Shown: piece by piece, positions 18,919-28,808 of the stretch
How the letters are laid out: each line of letters begins with the position of its first letter
Numbering within the stretch: the stretch's first letter is position 1
Source: Meiothermus sp.
Lineage (GTDB): Bacteria; Deinococcota; Deinococci; Deinococcales; Thermaceae
Length of the DNA: 64,000 nt
Assembly (NCBI GenBank): GCA_033762915.1
Contig: JANRLD010000053.1
Location: 64,001 to 128,000 of the forward strand
Reading direction: 5' to 3'
Made by a program: the position numbers and the translations under genes
The notes under the pieces: generated by a model
Database searches by the model: none
What the model saw: only the letters and a program-made list of their open reading frames with translations
What the model was told of the DNA's origin: nothing

Positions 18919-19814
18919 ACTACCTCGGACTCGACGCAGGAGCCAGCAGTTGCAAGTGGGCGGTGGTGGACGCCGAGGGCCGCACCATCGCCGAGGGGCG
19001 CAGCAGCCCCTGGACCGGGCATCTATTCGACGACCTGCAGCGCGGCAGGGTGCGGGCGGCGCTCGAGGAGCTCGCGGACCAAGTCCGGCCCTACTCGCCC
19101 CGGGCTGTGGTTGCGGGCGTGACCGGGCTGGACAGGGAGAGCAGTGAGGCGGAGCAGCTGTCGCGGTGGATCGCGGAGTTGCTGGATGTGGAGAGGCCCA
19201 GGGTCCAGATCATGGGCGACATGGACTTGATGTACCGGGCCAACTTCGAGCCGGGCGAGGGAATTCTGGTCTACGCGGGAACCGGCTCGGTGGCCTACCA
19301 CCTGACCAAGGATGGCGGCATCGTCCGGGCAGGCGGACAAGGGTTCATGATCGGTGACGAAGGCGCAGGATTTTGGATCGGCAAGACCGGGCTCCGGCAG
19401 GTGCTGCGCTGGCTGGATCGCGGCGAGGAAGTTGCGGAACGACCCCTGGCCCGCCACCTCTTCGAGGCGATGGGCGGCTCGAGCTGGCCCCGCATACGCG
19501 AGTACGTCTACGGCGGCGGGCGGCAGGCCGTAGCAGCGCTGGCCCCGGCCGTGGGCCGGGCCGCGCAAGACGGGGATGCGGCAGCCCAGACCATCCTGCG
19601 TCAGGCCGGGCACGAACTTGCCGAGCTAGGCCTGAGCCTCAAGTACCGCCTGGGGGACCTGCCGGTGACCCTGTGCGGCGGGGCACTGCGGGTCAGCCCG
19701 CTGATCGAGGGGGGCGCGAGGGAGCGCCTCGAGCTGACCGCCAGCGACGCCTCGGGGGCGCTTGCGGCGGCGAGGCTAGCGCTGGGGGCAGACAGTGGGG
19801 CCGGTAGCGGGTAG
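18915..19814 (+). CDS. BadF/BadG-type N-acetylglucosamine/N-acetylmuramate kinase
   Basis: Motifs GLDAG, YAGTGS and GG.G..IGDEGAGFWIG; next to murQ. Confidence 0.85.
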   Translation: MNYLGLDAGASSCKWAVVDAEGRTIAEGRSSPWTGHLFDDLQRGRVRAALEELADQVRPYSPRAVVAGVTGLDRESSEAEQLSRWIAELLDVERPRVQIMGDMDLMYRANFEPGEGILVYAGTGSVAYHLTKDGGIVRAGGQGFMIGDEGAGFWIGKTGLRQVLRWLDRGEEVAERPLARHLFEAMGGSSWPRIREYVYGGGRQAVAALAPAVGRAAQDGDAAAQTILRQAGHELAELGLSLKYRLGDLPVTLCGGALRVSPLIEGGARERLELTASDASGALAAARLALGADSGAGSG

Positions 19815-19848
19815 GGGCGGCAAACACTTCCGAACGTCCCCACACGTC

Positions 19849-20020
19849 AAAGTTGCGCCAGGGTGAGTCTGCGAGATCTGTGAGGGTAACCGTTGCCTTC
19901 CTGGGCGAAGTGGCTTGCGCCATAGCCGCAGAGCGGCTACCCGGGGCCGAGTGGCTTACACCATAGCTGCATGGCGCAATTCCGCAAGCGTTTCGGGGCG
20001 GCATCTCGCAGTTCAACTTT
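19849..20020 (+). repeat. MITE-like intergenic repeat, family A, copy 2
   Basis: AAAGTTGCGCCAGGG...GTGGCTTGCGCCATAGCCGCAGAGCGGCTACCCG...CAACTTT. Confidence 0.75.
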
Positions 20021-20077
20021 TACCACACTTGGGCTGTTTCGCCGCTGCTGCCCTGTTCCCTGATATTGTCATAGCCG

Positions 20078-21010
20078 ATGAGCAAACCCATCTTGGCGAC
20101 CGAACAAGTCAGCGAACAATTTCGCGATCTGGACACCTGGGAGACCCTCGAGATCGTCCGTGCCCTGGCCGATGACCAGCTGGGCGCGGTGCAGGCCGTG
20201 CAGCGGGCCGCGCCGCAAATCGCTCGGGCCGCCGACTTGGCCGCCCTGCGGCTGGGGGGCGGAGGGCGGTTGATCTACGCGGGGGCGGGCACCAGCGGGC
20301 GGCTGGGGCAGCTCGACGCCTCGGAACTGCCGCCGACCTTTTCTTGGCCCAGGGAGCGCGCCCTGGCCTGCATGGCGGGCGGCCAAGCCGCACTGTGGAA
20401 GGCCATCGAGGGTGCGGAGGATGACCACGAGGCGGGCAAGCTGGACGTGCTAGCCCTTAGCCCGACTGCCAGCGATGTGGTGATCGGGATCGCGGCCTCA
20501 GGCACCACACCCTACCCGCAGGGGGCCTTCGAGGCAGCAAGGAGTGCGGGCGCCTTGACCATCGGGATCGCCAACAACCCCGGCACGCCCCTGGTTCAAA
20601 GCTGCGACGCCGCGATTGTGCTGGACACCGGCCCGGAGGTGATCTCCGGCTCCACCCGCCTAAAGGCCGGAACCGCCCAGAAGATCGCCCTCAACACCTT
20701 ATCCAGCAGCATCATGGTGCGGCTGAACAAGGTCTACGGCAACCTGATGGTCGACGTTCAGGCCACCAACATCAAGCTGGTCAGGCGGGCCATTCACCTG
20801 GCCCAGATCGCCACCGGGGCCTCGGAGGAGGAAGCCAAAGGCGCCCTCGAGCGCTGCGGCTTCCGGGTGAAGGTGGCCATCGTGATGCTGCGCTTGGGTC
20901 AGGACGCCGAGGCGGCGGCGGAGCTTTTGGGGCGGGTCGGAGGGAGCGTGCGGGCTGCCTTGAGCCAGCAGAGCGGAACGAGGAGGGAGGGAAGAGAAGA
21001 CGACACCTGA
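20078..21010 (+). CDS. murQ: N-acetylmuramic acid 6-phosphate etherase
   Basis: GAGTSGRLG.LDASE, EGAED, AASGTTP, GPEVISGSTRLKAGTAQK and GNLMVDV. Confidence 0.95.
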   Translation: MSKPILATEQVSEQFRDLDTWETLEIVRALADDQLGAVQAVQRAAPQIARAADLAALRLGGGGRLIYAGAGTSGRLGQLDASELPPTFSWPRERALACMAGGQAALWKAIEGAEDDHEAGKLDVLALSPTASDVVIGIAASGTTPYPQGAFEAARSAGALTIGIANNPGTPLVQSCDAAIVLDTGPEVISGSTRLKAGTAQKIALNTLSSSIMVRLNKVYGNLMVDVQATNIKLVRRAIHLAQIATGASEEEAKGALERCGFRVKVAIVMLRLGQDAEAAAELLGRVGGSVRAALSQQSGTRREGREDDT

Positions 21011-21158
21011 GGGTCTGGAGGGTCGAGGTTCGGGCCACCCCAAAACGCCCGGGAAGAGGGTGCCCGTGATTGCAGCAGGGCACGCCTTCAGGGCTTGGGG
21101 CGGCCTCGCAAATACCCTGGCCAAACCTTAGCCCTGCCCCCTCTTTCTCCTTACCCAG

Positions 21159-21407
21159 CTACTGCAAGCCCGCCTCCTGCAGCCAGGTCTTCAGCTTGAC
21201 GATGGAGAACCGGCTCATTGAGGCGGAGTGGGGGCCGTAGACCAGGGTGGGGACGGAGCGCTTGCCGTTGTTGGCTTGCAGCACCCGCTGCTCACCCGCC
21301 GGGTCTTTGTCGATGTCCACTTCGATGTAGGGGATTTTGAGGGCCTCGAGGGCCTGTTTGGCGGCGCGGCAGTCGGGGCACCAGCCGGTGGAGTACATGG
21401 TTATCAC
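21159..21407 (-). CDS. Glutaredoxin/NrdH/mycoredoxin-like protein
   Basis: WCPDC and NGKRSVPT. Confidence 0.88.
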   Translation of the reverse strand: MITMYSTGWCPDCRAAKQALEALKIPYIEVDIDKDPAGEQRVLQANNGKRSVPTLVYGPHSASMSRFSIVKLKTWLQEAGLQ

Positions 21408-21571
21408 AGGCTGAGTCTAGGCTAAGCGAAGCGAGATTACTGTGATTTACGCTCGAGATGTAGAGTTTTCCGCGCCTTTCCCCATAGAATAATGCCGTCT
21501 TGTAAAGATTCGGCTGCTGGCTGACAGCTGCTGGCTGACGGCTACCGGCCAATCACCCCAAAGAGGACGCC

Positions 21572-22738
21572 ATGAGCAACTACACCCCCACCCCCGCCGA
21601 CAAATTCACCTTCGGGCTATGGACCGTCGGGAACATCGGGCGCGACCCCTTCGGCAACCCCACCCGCAAGCCCCTGAGCCCCGAGTACATCGTGCGCAAG
21701 CTGGCCGAGATCGGGGCCTGGGGCGTCAACCTGCACGACAACGACCTAGTGCCCATCGACGCCACCGCAGGTGAGCGCAAGAAAATCCTGACCAGCTTCA
21801 AAAAGGCCCTCAAGGAAACCGGCGTGGTGGTGCCGATGGCGACCACCAACCTCTTCGGCGATCCGGTCTTTAAGGATGGGGCCTTCACCAATGCCAACGC
21901 CAAGATTCGGGCCTACGCCATCCAGAAGACCATGAACGCCATGGATTTGGGGGCGGAGCTGGGGGCCAGCACCTACGTCTTCTGGGGTGGGCGCGAGGGG
22001 GCCGAGGTGGACGCGGGTGGCAACACCCTTGACGCGATTGCCCACATGCGCGAAGCCATGAACTTCCTGGCCGAGTACAGCGAGTCGCAGGGCTACGGGT
22101 TCAGGTTCGCCCTCGAGCCCAAACCCAACGAGCCCAGGGGCGACATCTACCTGCCAGTGGTGGGGGCGGCGCTGGGTTTCATCGCCACCCTGGACAAGCC
22201 CCACCTCTTCGGCGTGAACCCCGAGGTGGCCCACGAGACCATGGCGGGACTCAACTTCCTGCACGCGGTGGCCCAGGCAATCGACGCGGGCAAGCTGTTC
22301 CACATAGACCTTAACGACCAGAAGATGGGCCGCTTCGACCAGGATTTGCGCTTCGGGGCCGACAACATCAAGCAGGCGTTTTTGCTGGTGAAGCTGCTCG
22401 AGGACACCGGCTACTCTGGCCCCCGCCACTTCGACGCCCACGCCCTGCGCACCGAGGACGAGGCCGGGGTTTGGGAGTTTGCCAAGGGCTGTATGCGCAC
22501 CTACCTGATCCTCAAGGAGAAGGCCCGGCGGTTCAATGCCGACAAGGAGATTCAGGCCGCCATCAAGGCCTACAAGGTGCAGGACAAGGAGCTATCCGCC
22601 CTGACCAAGAAGTTCAGCAAGAAGAACGCCGAGGCTTTGAAGGCCAAGAAGTTCAACCGCGTCGCGCTGGGCGAGGCCGGGCCGGGCCTCGAGCGGCTGG
22701 ACCAGCTCACGATGGAGCTACTGATGGGGGTTAGGTAG
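21572..22738 (+). CDS. xylA: Xylose isomerase
   Basis: [41 protein letters not shown] and FDAH. Confidence 0.97.
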   Translation: MSNYTPTPADKFTFGLWTVGNIGRDPFGNPTRKPLSPEYIVRKLAEIGAWGVNLHDNDLVPIDATAGERKKILTSFKKALKETGVVVPMATTNLFGDPVFKDGAFTNANAKIRAYAIQKTMNAMDLGAELGASTYVFWGGREGAEVDAGGNTLDAIAHMREAMNFLAEYSESQGYGFRFALEPKPNEPRGDIYLPVVGAALGFIATLDKPHLFGVNPEVAHETMAGLNFLHAVAQAIDAGKLFHIDLNDQKMGRFDQDLRFGADNIKQAFLLVKLLEDTGYSGPRHFDAHALRTEDEAGVWEFAKGCMRTYLILKEKARRFNADKEIQAAIKAYKVQDKELSALTKKFSKKNAEALKAKKFNRVALGEAGPGLERLDQLTMELLMGVR

Positions 22739-22797
22739 GGGGCAGAAGGAAAGGCTTTTGGCCCTCGGCCCTCAGCAAAATCAGACCGCGGTGACCT

Positions 22798-22874
22798 GCC
22801 CCCCTTTGGGCCGAACCGTTTGTGAGTCCAGGTCGGCTCGGTGTTTACAGCAAAGGGGGGTTGGGGGAATCGCC
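22798..22874 (+). repeat. Intergenic repeat, family B
   Basis: GCCCCCCTTTGGGCC...GGGGTTGGGGGAATCGCC; inverse-orientation relative at 38461-38569. Confidence 0.6.
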
Positions 22875-22875
22875 T

Positions 22876-23784
22876 TTGACGCTCACACCTGCAGTCTTGC
22901 ACAACAACTCCTTACGCCTAACCGTGCTGCCTGAGCTGGGTTCGTGCATCGCGGGCCTCGAGCTGAAGCACCAGGGCTTCTGGCTGCCGGTGATGCGCCC
23001 GATGTCGGTGGCGGCGGTGGCGGAGGGTAGCTCGCCGGACAGCTCGAGCTACATCCTCGCGCCGTACTCCAACCGCATACGCGACGGACGGTTCAGTTTC
23101 GGCGGCGAGAACTTCCAGCTCAAGCCCAACTGGCCCGACGGCAGGATGACCATTCACGGCGAGGTGCACGCTCGAGCCTGGCAAACGGTAGAGCGGTCGG
23201 CGGAGGTGCTGACCTGCCGCTTCGCCGCCGACGCCGGGCTCAACTTCCCCTTCACCTACGCCGTCGAGGCCGGCTTCCGCCTCGACGGCCCTGTTCTGGA
23301 GTTAGACCTCAGGCTCACCAACACCAGCGCCGGGCCGATGCCGGCCGGGCTGGGCCACCACCCCTACTTCATGCGCCGACTGGGCAGCAGCGGCGACCCG
23401 CTGGTGCAGTTCAAGGCCGAGATGGTCTACCTCACCGACGAGACCCGCATCCCCGCCGGGCCCGCCGCCGCCATCCCCGCCGATCTGGACTTTGGCCGGC
23501 CCAGGGCCGTCGGTCCGACCTTCATCGACAACGTGTTCTCCGGCTGGGACGGCAGGCTGAGCGCGGACTGGGGCCACTTCAAGATGACCCTTGAGGCCCA
23601 GCCGGTCTTCTCCCACCTGGTCATGTTCACCGCGCCCGACGGCACCCTGGCTCTGGAGCCGGTGACCCACGCCACCGACGGCTTCAACCTCATGAGCCAG
23701 GGCCACGCCGACACGGGGGTGCGGGTACTCGAGCCCGGCGAGACCCTGCAAGGCAAGGTCTGGATCAAGCTCGAGGGCCGGTAG
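22876..23784 (+). CDS. Aldose 1-epimerase family protein
   Basis: PYSNRI, IHG, GLGHHPYF and ALEP; start uncertain. Confidence 0.85.
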   Translation: MTLTPAVLHNNSLRLTVLPELGSCIAGLELKHQGFWLPVMRPMSVAAVAEGSSPDSSSYILAPYSNRIRDGRFSFGGENFQLKPNWPDGRMTIHGEVHARAWQTVERSAEVLTCRFAADAGLNFPFTYAVEAGFRLDGPVLELDLRLTNTSAGPMPAGLGHHPYFMRRLGSSGDPLVQFKAEMVYLTDETRIPAGPAAAIPADLDFGRPRAVGPTFIDNVFSGWDGRLSADWGHFKMTLEAQPVFSHLVMFTAPDGTLALEPVTHATDGFNLMSQGHADTGVRVLEPGETLQGKVWIKLEGR

Positions 23785-23899
23785 ACTTCTTTGAGGAGTT
23801 GTCCTACCCCGTACGCCGGTCGGAGCCCGGCCGCGGTGAGCGGGACAGATATTTAGACGAGGTTTAGTCGCCCTCCTTCCCTCCTTCCTCTGCCCTCTC

Positions 23900-24322
23900 A
23901 TGTCCCCGTCCGAGTTCCGCTTCCTCCACCCCCTGCGCGTCCGCTGGGCCGAGACCGACATGCAGGGCATCGTGTTCAACGGGCACTACCTGACCTATTG
24001 CGACGTGGCCATCACCGAATACTGGCGGGCCATGGGCTACGAGTACCCCAAGCCGGTGGAGCTGCTGGGGATTGACTTCTTCGTGGTCAAGGCCAGCCTC
24101 GAGTACCACGCCCCCGCCTGCTACGACGACGAGTTGCACATCGGTGTGCGGATGGACCGCATCGGCAACAGCAGCATGACCTTCAAGCTGGGCGTCTTCC
24201 GGGGCGAGTCCCACCTCATCACCGGCGAGATCATCTACGTCTCCGCCGACCCCCACAGCCGCAAGCCCCTGCGCGTGCCGGACGCCCTGCGGGGGGCGGT
24301 GGAGGGTCTGGAAAACGGCTAG
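23900..24322 (+). CDS. Acyl-CoA thioesterase (YbgC/FcbC, hotdog fold)
   Basis: VRWAETDMQGIVFNGHY. Confidence 0.9.
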   Translation: MSPSEFRFLHPLRVRWAETDMQGIVFNGHYLTYCDVAITEYWRAMGYEYPKPVELLGIDFFVVKASLEYHAPACYDDELHIGVRMDRIGNSSMTFKLGVFRGESHLITGEIIYVSADPHSRKPLRVPDALRGAVEGLENG

Positions 24323-24330
24323 TGTCTCCA

Positions 24331-24429
24331 TAGTTGAAACATGCCGCCCGCCAACGCCCGCAGGGCACTGCGCCAGGTACGCATCTACGGTATCCGCCGA
24401 TGGCACACTTCCTTTCCTGGCGCACCTTA
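24331..24429 (-). repeat. MITE-like intergenic repeat, family A, copy 3
   Basis: Reverse strand TAAGGTGCGCCAGGA...ATCGGCGGATACCGTAGAT...CCCTGCGGGCGTTGGCGGGCGG...TTCAACTA. Confidence 0.7.
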
Positions 24430-24603
24430 GGGGCAGCCAGCGGCGGCATCGAAACCCTGCCCTCACCCGGCTCTTGGGTAATTTGACCCAGGCTTAGATT
24501 AAGACACGTTCTATGCTTAATGGTGCAGAAGTCTTTCCGTCTGCCGCCAGCCCTGTGCATTCGTCCCCAACCCCGGCTGGAAATACTGTCCTGAGTCTAA
24601 ATT

Positions 24604-27600
24604 GTGTCCGTGAATCCGAGTTCCCCCACACCCTCGCTCGAGCAACTCCTGCTGGAGTGCAGCCTTGAGCTGCTGCGCGAGCCCGACCAGGCCACCTTCT
24701 TCGAGCGGCTGGTGGAGCAGGCAGCGCGGCTGCTGGGGACCCCCGACGCCTACTTGTACCTGACCAAGGGCGAGCAGCTCGTCAGCCAGGTCGCCCTGGG
24801 GGTACACGCCCCACTCAGAGGACACCGCCTGAACCGCGGGCAGGGGGTGGGGGGGGTGGTATGGGAGCGCGGGCAGGGCGTGCGGGTCGACGACTACGAT
24901 AGCTGGGAGCTGCGCTCCCCGAACTTCCCCTACGGCCTGCTGCACGCCATCGTGGGGGTGCCGATCCGCCTCGAGGGGCAAACCGTGGGGATGCTGGGGG
25001 TGAGCAGCCCCGACCCCCAGCGGCGCTTCGTCCAGGCCGAGGAGGCGGTACTGGAGCGCTTTGTCCAGGTGGCCGAGCTGGCCCTCAAGCACTACCGGCT
25101 GGCCGCCGAGCTGAAGGCCCAGCGCGACGAGGCCACGCGGCTGCTGGCCAGCCTGTCCGAGGCAGTGGTGCAGACCGACGGCAGTTGCGTCGTCACCTAC
25201 CTGAACTCCGCCTGGGAGCAGCTCACCGGGATGCGGCCGGCGGACTGCGTGGGCCGGCCGTACGTCGAGTTCATCCACCCCGACGACCGCGAGCGGCTCA
25301 TGGAGGAGATCGACCGGCGGGCCGACCGGCCGGTAAGCTCCTACGAGTACCGCCTGCTCCACGCCACGGAGGGCTACCGCTGGGTGAACAGTCGCGCCCA
25401 GCTCGAGCTGGGCGCGGACGGGTGGGTGCTGCGGGTCAACAGGGTACTCACCGACATCACCCAGCACCGCCAGGACGAGCAGGCCCTGCGCCAAGGCGAG
25501 GAGCGCAAGCAGCAGTTGCTGGAGAGCCTGGGCGAGGCGGTGGTGGAGGCCGACCGCCAGGGCCTGATAACCTACGTCAACCCGGCCTGGCAGGACATGA
25601 CCGGCTTCAGCGCTGCCGAGACCGTGGGGCGACACTACTTCGAGTTCGTCCACGCCGAAGACCAGCCCGCCGTCGTGAGGCTCATCCGCCAAGCCCGCGA
25701 AGAGGGGTCGGCGGAGCGCCGCCTCGAGTACCGTCTGGTGGTCAAGGGCGGCGGGCTGCGCTGGGTCAACAGCCAGGGCAACTGGCTGCGCGGCGCGGAC
25801 GGGCAGATCCACGGGATGACCGGCGTCCTCACCGACATCCACGCCCGGCGCGAGGCCGAGGCGGCCCTGCTCGAGAGCCGCGAGCGCTTTCGGCGGCTGC
25901 TCGACACCACCCCCGGGGTGGTCTGGGAGGCCGAGGTGGGCGGGGGCAACATCTTCATAAGCAGCCAGGCCGAGACCATCCTGGGCTACACGCCCGAGGA
26001 GTGGTTGGACGATCCCGACTTTTGGCAGCAGCGCCTGCACCCCGCCGACTTCGAGACGACCCTGGCCCTGAACGCCCAGGCCGACCACGCCCCCCACGGC
26101 TTCTCGTACGAGCTGGAGTACCGGTTTATGACCAAATGGGGGCAGTACGTCTGGATCCGCGACCTGTGCCGGGTGGTCGTCGAGCCGGGTAAGCCGAGGC
26201 GCTTGCTGGGACTGATGGTTGACATCACCCACCAGAAGCAGACCGAGCTCGAGCTGGCCGTGAGCGAGGAGCGCTACGCGTTGGCAGCACGGGGCTCCAA
26301 CGACGGCATCTGGAACTGGGACCTCCAGACCAACCGCGTGCACGTGTCGGCCCGGCTCAGCGCCATCCTTGGACTCCCGGCGCAGGAGGCCACCCACGAC
26401 TCGGCCTGGGGGCTGTTCGAGTCCGTCGTGCATCCCGAAGACCTCGAGCGCGCCACGGCGGCGGCCCAGAACCATCTGGCCGGGGAGACGCCCGGGGCCT
26501 CGGTGGACCTGCGGATGCGCCACGCCGAGGGGCGCTGGATCTGGGTCAACCTGCGGGGGGTGGCCCACTTCAGCCCGGGGGGGGTGGCCAACCGCATGGC
26601 CGGCTCGCTCTCGGCCCTGGCCGAACGCGGCAGCTACTACGACCCCCTAACCCACCTCCCCGGCCGCTCGCTGTTCAACGACCGCCTCGAGCGGGCCATC
26701 GCCATGCAGTCCAGAGACCCTGCCCGGCAGTTCGCGGTGCTCTTCCTCGACCTCGACCGCTTCAAGGTCATCAACGACTCGCTGGGCCATCACGCCGGGG
26801 ACCTGCTCCTCACCGAGGTGGCGCGGCGGCTCGAGAGCTGTCTGCGGCCCGGCGACACCGTCGCCCGGCTGGGCGGCGACGAGTTCGTGGTGCTGCTGGA
26901 GGGGCTGCACAACCCGGAGGAGGCCCTGCGGGTGGCCGAGCGCATCCGCGAGGCTCTGGCGCAGCCCTTCAGGCTGGGGGCCAACGAGACCTTCAGCGGG
27001 GTCAGCATCGGGGTGGTGGACAGCGCCAACAGCTTCGGGAGCGTGGAGGACTACCTGCGCTCCGCCGACACCGCCATGTACAAGGCCAAGGGCGAGCGGC
27101 TGGGGGTCAGCCGCTACAGCCCGCAGATGCACGCCCAGGCCAGCCTGCGCCTCGAGACCGAGGTCAGCCTGCGCCGCGCCCTGGCCCAGGGCGAGTTGAC
27201 CCTGCACTACCAGCCGATCATCGAGCTGAACAGCGGGCGGGTGCGGGGCTTCGAGGCCCTGGTGCGCTGGCACCACCCGACACGGGGGCTGGTCTACCCG
27301 CTCGAGTTCATCCCGGTGGCCGAGGAGACCGGCCTGATCGTCCCGCTGGGGCAGTGGGTGCTGGGCCGAGTCTGCCGCCAGCTCACGGCCATTCAGGAGC
27401 GCCACCCCGGCCTCTACGTCAGCGTCAACGTGGCCGCCCGCCAGCTCCAGCAGGCCGGCTTCGCCGAGGAGGTGGAGGCGCTGCTGGCGGCCCACAGCCT
27501 GGGGGTCGGTTGGCTGCAACTCGAGATCACCGAGAACTCGGTGGTCGAGGGCAGCGCGACGGTGCTGGAAAACATCGAGCGGCTACGTCGGCGGGGCGTC

Positions 27601-27951
27601 TACATCCACCTCGACGACTTCGGCACCGGCTACTCCAGCCTCTCCTACCTCCGCAAGCTGCCCATCGACGCGCTAAAGATCGATCGCTCCTTCATCGCCC
27701 AGCAGCACCACCGCTCCAACCGCCAGATCGTCGAGGCGGTGGTGCAGATGGCCAAGGCGCTGGGCCTGGCGGTGGTCTGCGAGGGCATCGAACTCCAGAC
27801 CCAGGCCGACTGGCTGCGCCGCCTCGAGGTGGAGTACGGCCAGGGCTACCTCTACGCCCGCCCGATGCCCGCCGAGCGGCTCGAGAGGTTTCTGGCGGAA
27901 GCCTCGAGGATCGAGCAGGCCAATGCGGTGCGGGCAAAAGCGGAGGGGTGA
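24604..27951 (+). CDS. GAF-PAS(x4)-GGDEF-EAL diguanylate cyclase/phosphodiesterase
   Basis: RLGGDEF, FEALVRW, DDFGTGYSS and LKIDRSF; several PAS/PAC repeats. Confidence 0.93.
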   Translation: MSVNPSSPTPSLEQLLLECSLELLREPDQATFFERLVEQAARLLGTPDAYLYLTKGEQLVSQVALGVHAPLRGHRLNRGQGVGGVVWERGQGVRVDDYDSWELRSPNFPYGLLHAIVGVPIRLEGQTVGMLGVSSPDPQRRFVQAEEAVLERFVQVAELALKHYRLAAELKAQRDEATRLLASLSEAVVQTDGSCVVTYLNSAWEQLTGMRPADCVGRPYVEFIHPDDRERLMEEIDRRADRPVSSYEYRLLHATEGYRWVNSRAQLELGADGWVLRVNRVLTDITQHRQDEQALRQGEERKQQLLESLGEAVVEADRQGLITYVNPAWQDMTGFSAAETVGRHYFEFVHAEDQPAVVRLIRQAREEGSAERRLEYRLVVKGGGLRWVNSQGNWLRGADGQIHGMTGVLTDIHARREAEAALLESRERFRRLLDTTPGVVWEAEVGGGNIFISSQAETILGYTPEEWLDDPDFWQQRLHPADFETTLALNAQADHAPHGFSYELEYRFMTKWGQYVWIRDLCRVVVEPGKPRRLLGLMVDITHQKQTELELAVSEERYALAARGSNDGIWNWDLQTNRVHVSARLSAILGLPAQEATHDSAWGLFESVVHPEDLERATAAAQNHLAGETPGASVDLRMRHAEGRWIWVNLRGVAHFSPGGVANRMAGSLSALAERGSYYDPLTHLPGRSLFNDRLERAIAMQSRDPARQFAVLFLDLDRFKVINDSLGHHAGDLLLTEVARRLESCLRPGDTVARLGGDEFVVLLEGLHNPEEALRVAERIREALAQPFRLGANETFSGVSIGVVDSANSFGSVEDYLRSADTAMYKAKGERLGVSRYSPQMHAQASLRLETEVSLRRALAQGELTLHYQPIIELNSGRVRGFEALVRWHHPTRGLVYPLEFIPVAEETGLIVPLGQWVLGRVCRQLTAIQERHPGLYVSVNVAARQLQQAGFAEEVEALLAAHSLGVGWLQLEITENSVVEGSATVLENIERLRRRGVYIHLDDFGTGYSSLSYLRKLPIDALKIDRSFIAQQHHRSNRQIVEAVVQMAKALGLAVVCEGIELQTQADWLRRLEVEYGQGYLYARPMPAERLERFLAEASRIEQANAVRAKAEG

Positions 27952-28115
27952 TTTGCTGAAGGCCAGGGGTTAAAGGTCGACCCCAGTTCCCGCCTGTGCT
28001 ACCCTGAAAGACTGCGCCTTGGACAGGTAGTTATGTAGCCCGGCCCATCCCCTACCCGACTCGCCCGGTTCGCCGGGTGATTTTTCCTGCAACCACACCT
28101 CATAGGGGATGATTC

Positions 28116-28751
28116 ATGAGCACCTACCGCAAGTACCCCAGCACGCCGCACCTGCCCTGGTCGCCGTGCGTACAGCCCGACGATGTCACCCTGGACGCCA
28201 CAAGCCTTCTCGAGGGCAAGGAGGTGGTCGTCGTCGAGAAGCTGGATGGCGAGAACACCTCGATGTACCCCGACTACATCCACGCCCGCTCTACCAACCC
28301 GCGCCCCCACCCCTCCCGCGACTACGTGAAGGCCCTTCACGGCCAGATCCGGGGCAACATCCCGCCGGGCTGGCGCCTGGTCGGAGAGAACGTGTACGCC
28401 CTCCACTCCATCTTTTACGACAACCTCGAGGGCTACTTCTACCTCTTCTCGATCTGGGACGAACACGACGTCTGCCTCAGCTGGGACGAGGTGAGGGAGT
28501 GGGCGGCGCTGCTCGAGCTGCCCACCCCTAAGGAGTTCTATCGTGGGATCTGGGACGAAAAGACCATCCGAGCCATCCGGGTAGACACCCAGACCTGCGA
28601 GGGCTATGTGGTGCGAACCGTGGAGGGCTTTGCCTACAAAGACTTTGCCCGCCACGTCGCCAAGTGGGTGCGCCCGAACCACATCCAAACCGACGAGCAC
28701 TGGATGAACCGGGCGGTGGTGCCCAACAAACTGAGGACGGAAAGCCGGTAG
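28116..28751 (+). CDS. ATP-dependent RNA ligase family protein (short ATP-grasp type)
   Basis: KYPSTPHLPWS, motif I EKLDGEN, GEN, F.LF, EGYVVR and AKWVR. Confidence 0.85.
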   Translation: MSTYRKYPSTPHLPWSPCVQPDDVTLDATSLLEGKEVVVVEKLDGENTSMYPDYIHARSTNPRPHPSRDYVKALHGQIRGNIPPGWRLVGENVYALHSIFYDNLEGYFYLFSIWDEHDVCLSWDEVREWAALLELPTPKEFYRGIWDEKTIRAIRVDTQTCEGYVVRTVEGFAYKDFARHVAKWVRPNHIQTDEHWMNRAVVPNKLRTESR

Positions 28752-28808
28752 CCCATAGCCATCGACCGCAGCGGGCGATGAGCTATCGGCAGGTTTACGG
28801 GGGGCAAC

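Noticed and set aside
24430..24603. c-di-GMP riboswitch upstream of the GGDEF-EAL gene (also checked 19815-19860 and 30078-30251)
   Set aside because: No GEMM-I or GEMM-II consensus recognisable by eye; an Rfam scan would settle it.
24517..26568. 683-aa minus-strand ORF and similar long shadow ORFs (30971-32935, 32625-33926, 46624-48012, 52217-53488, 1494-2660)
   Set aside because: Antisense or alternate-frame overlaps of well-supported genes, expected in high-GC DNA, with no motifs.
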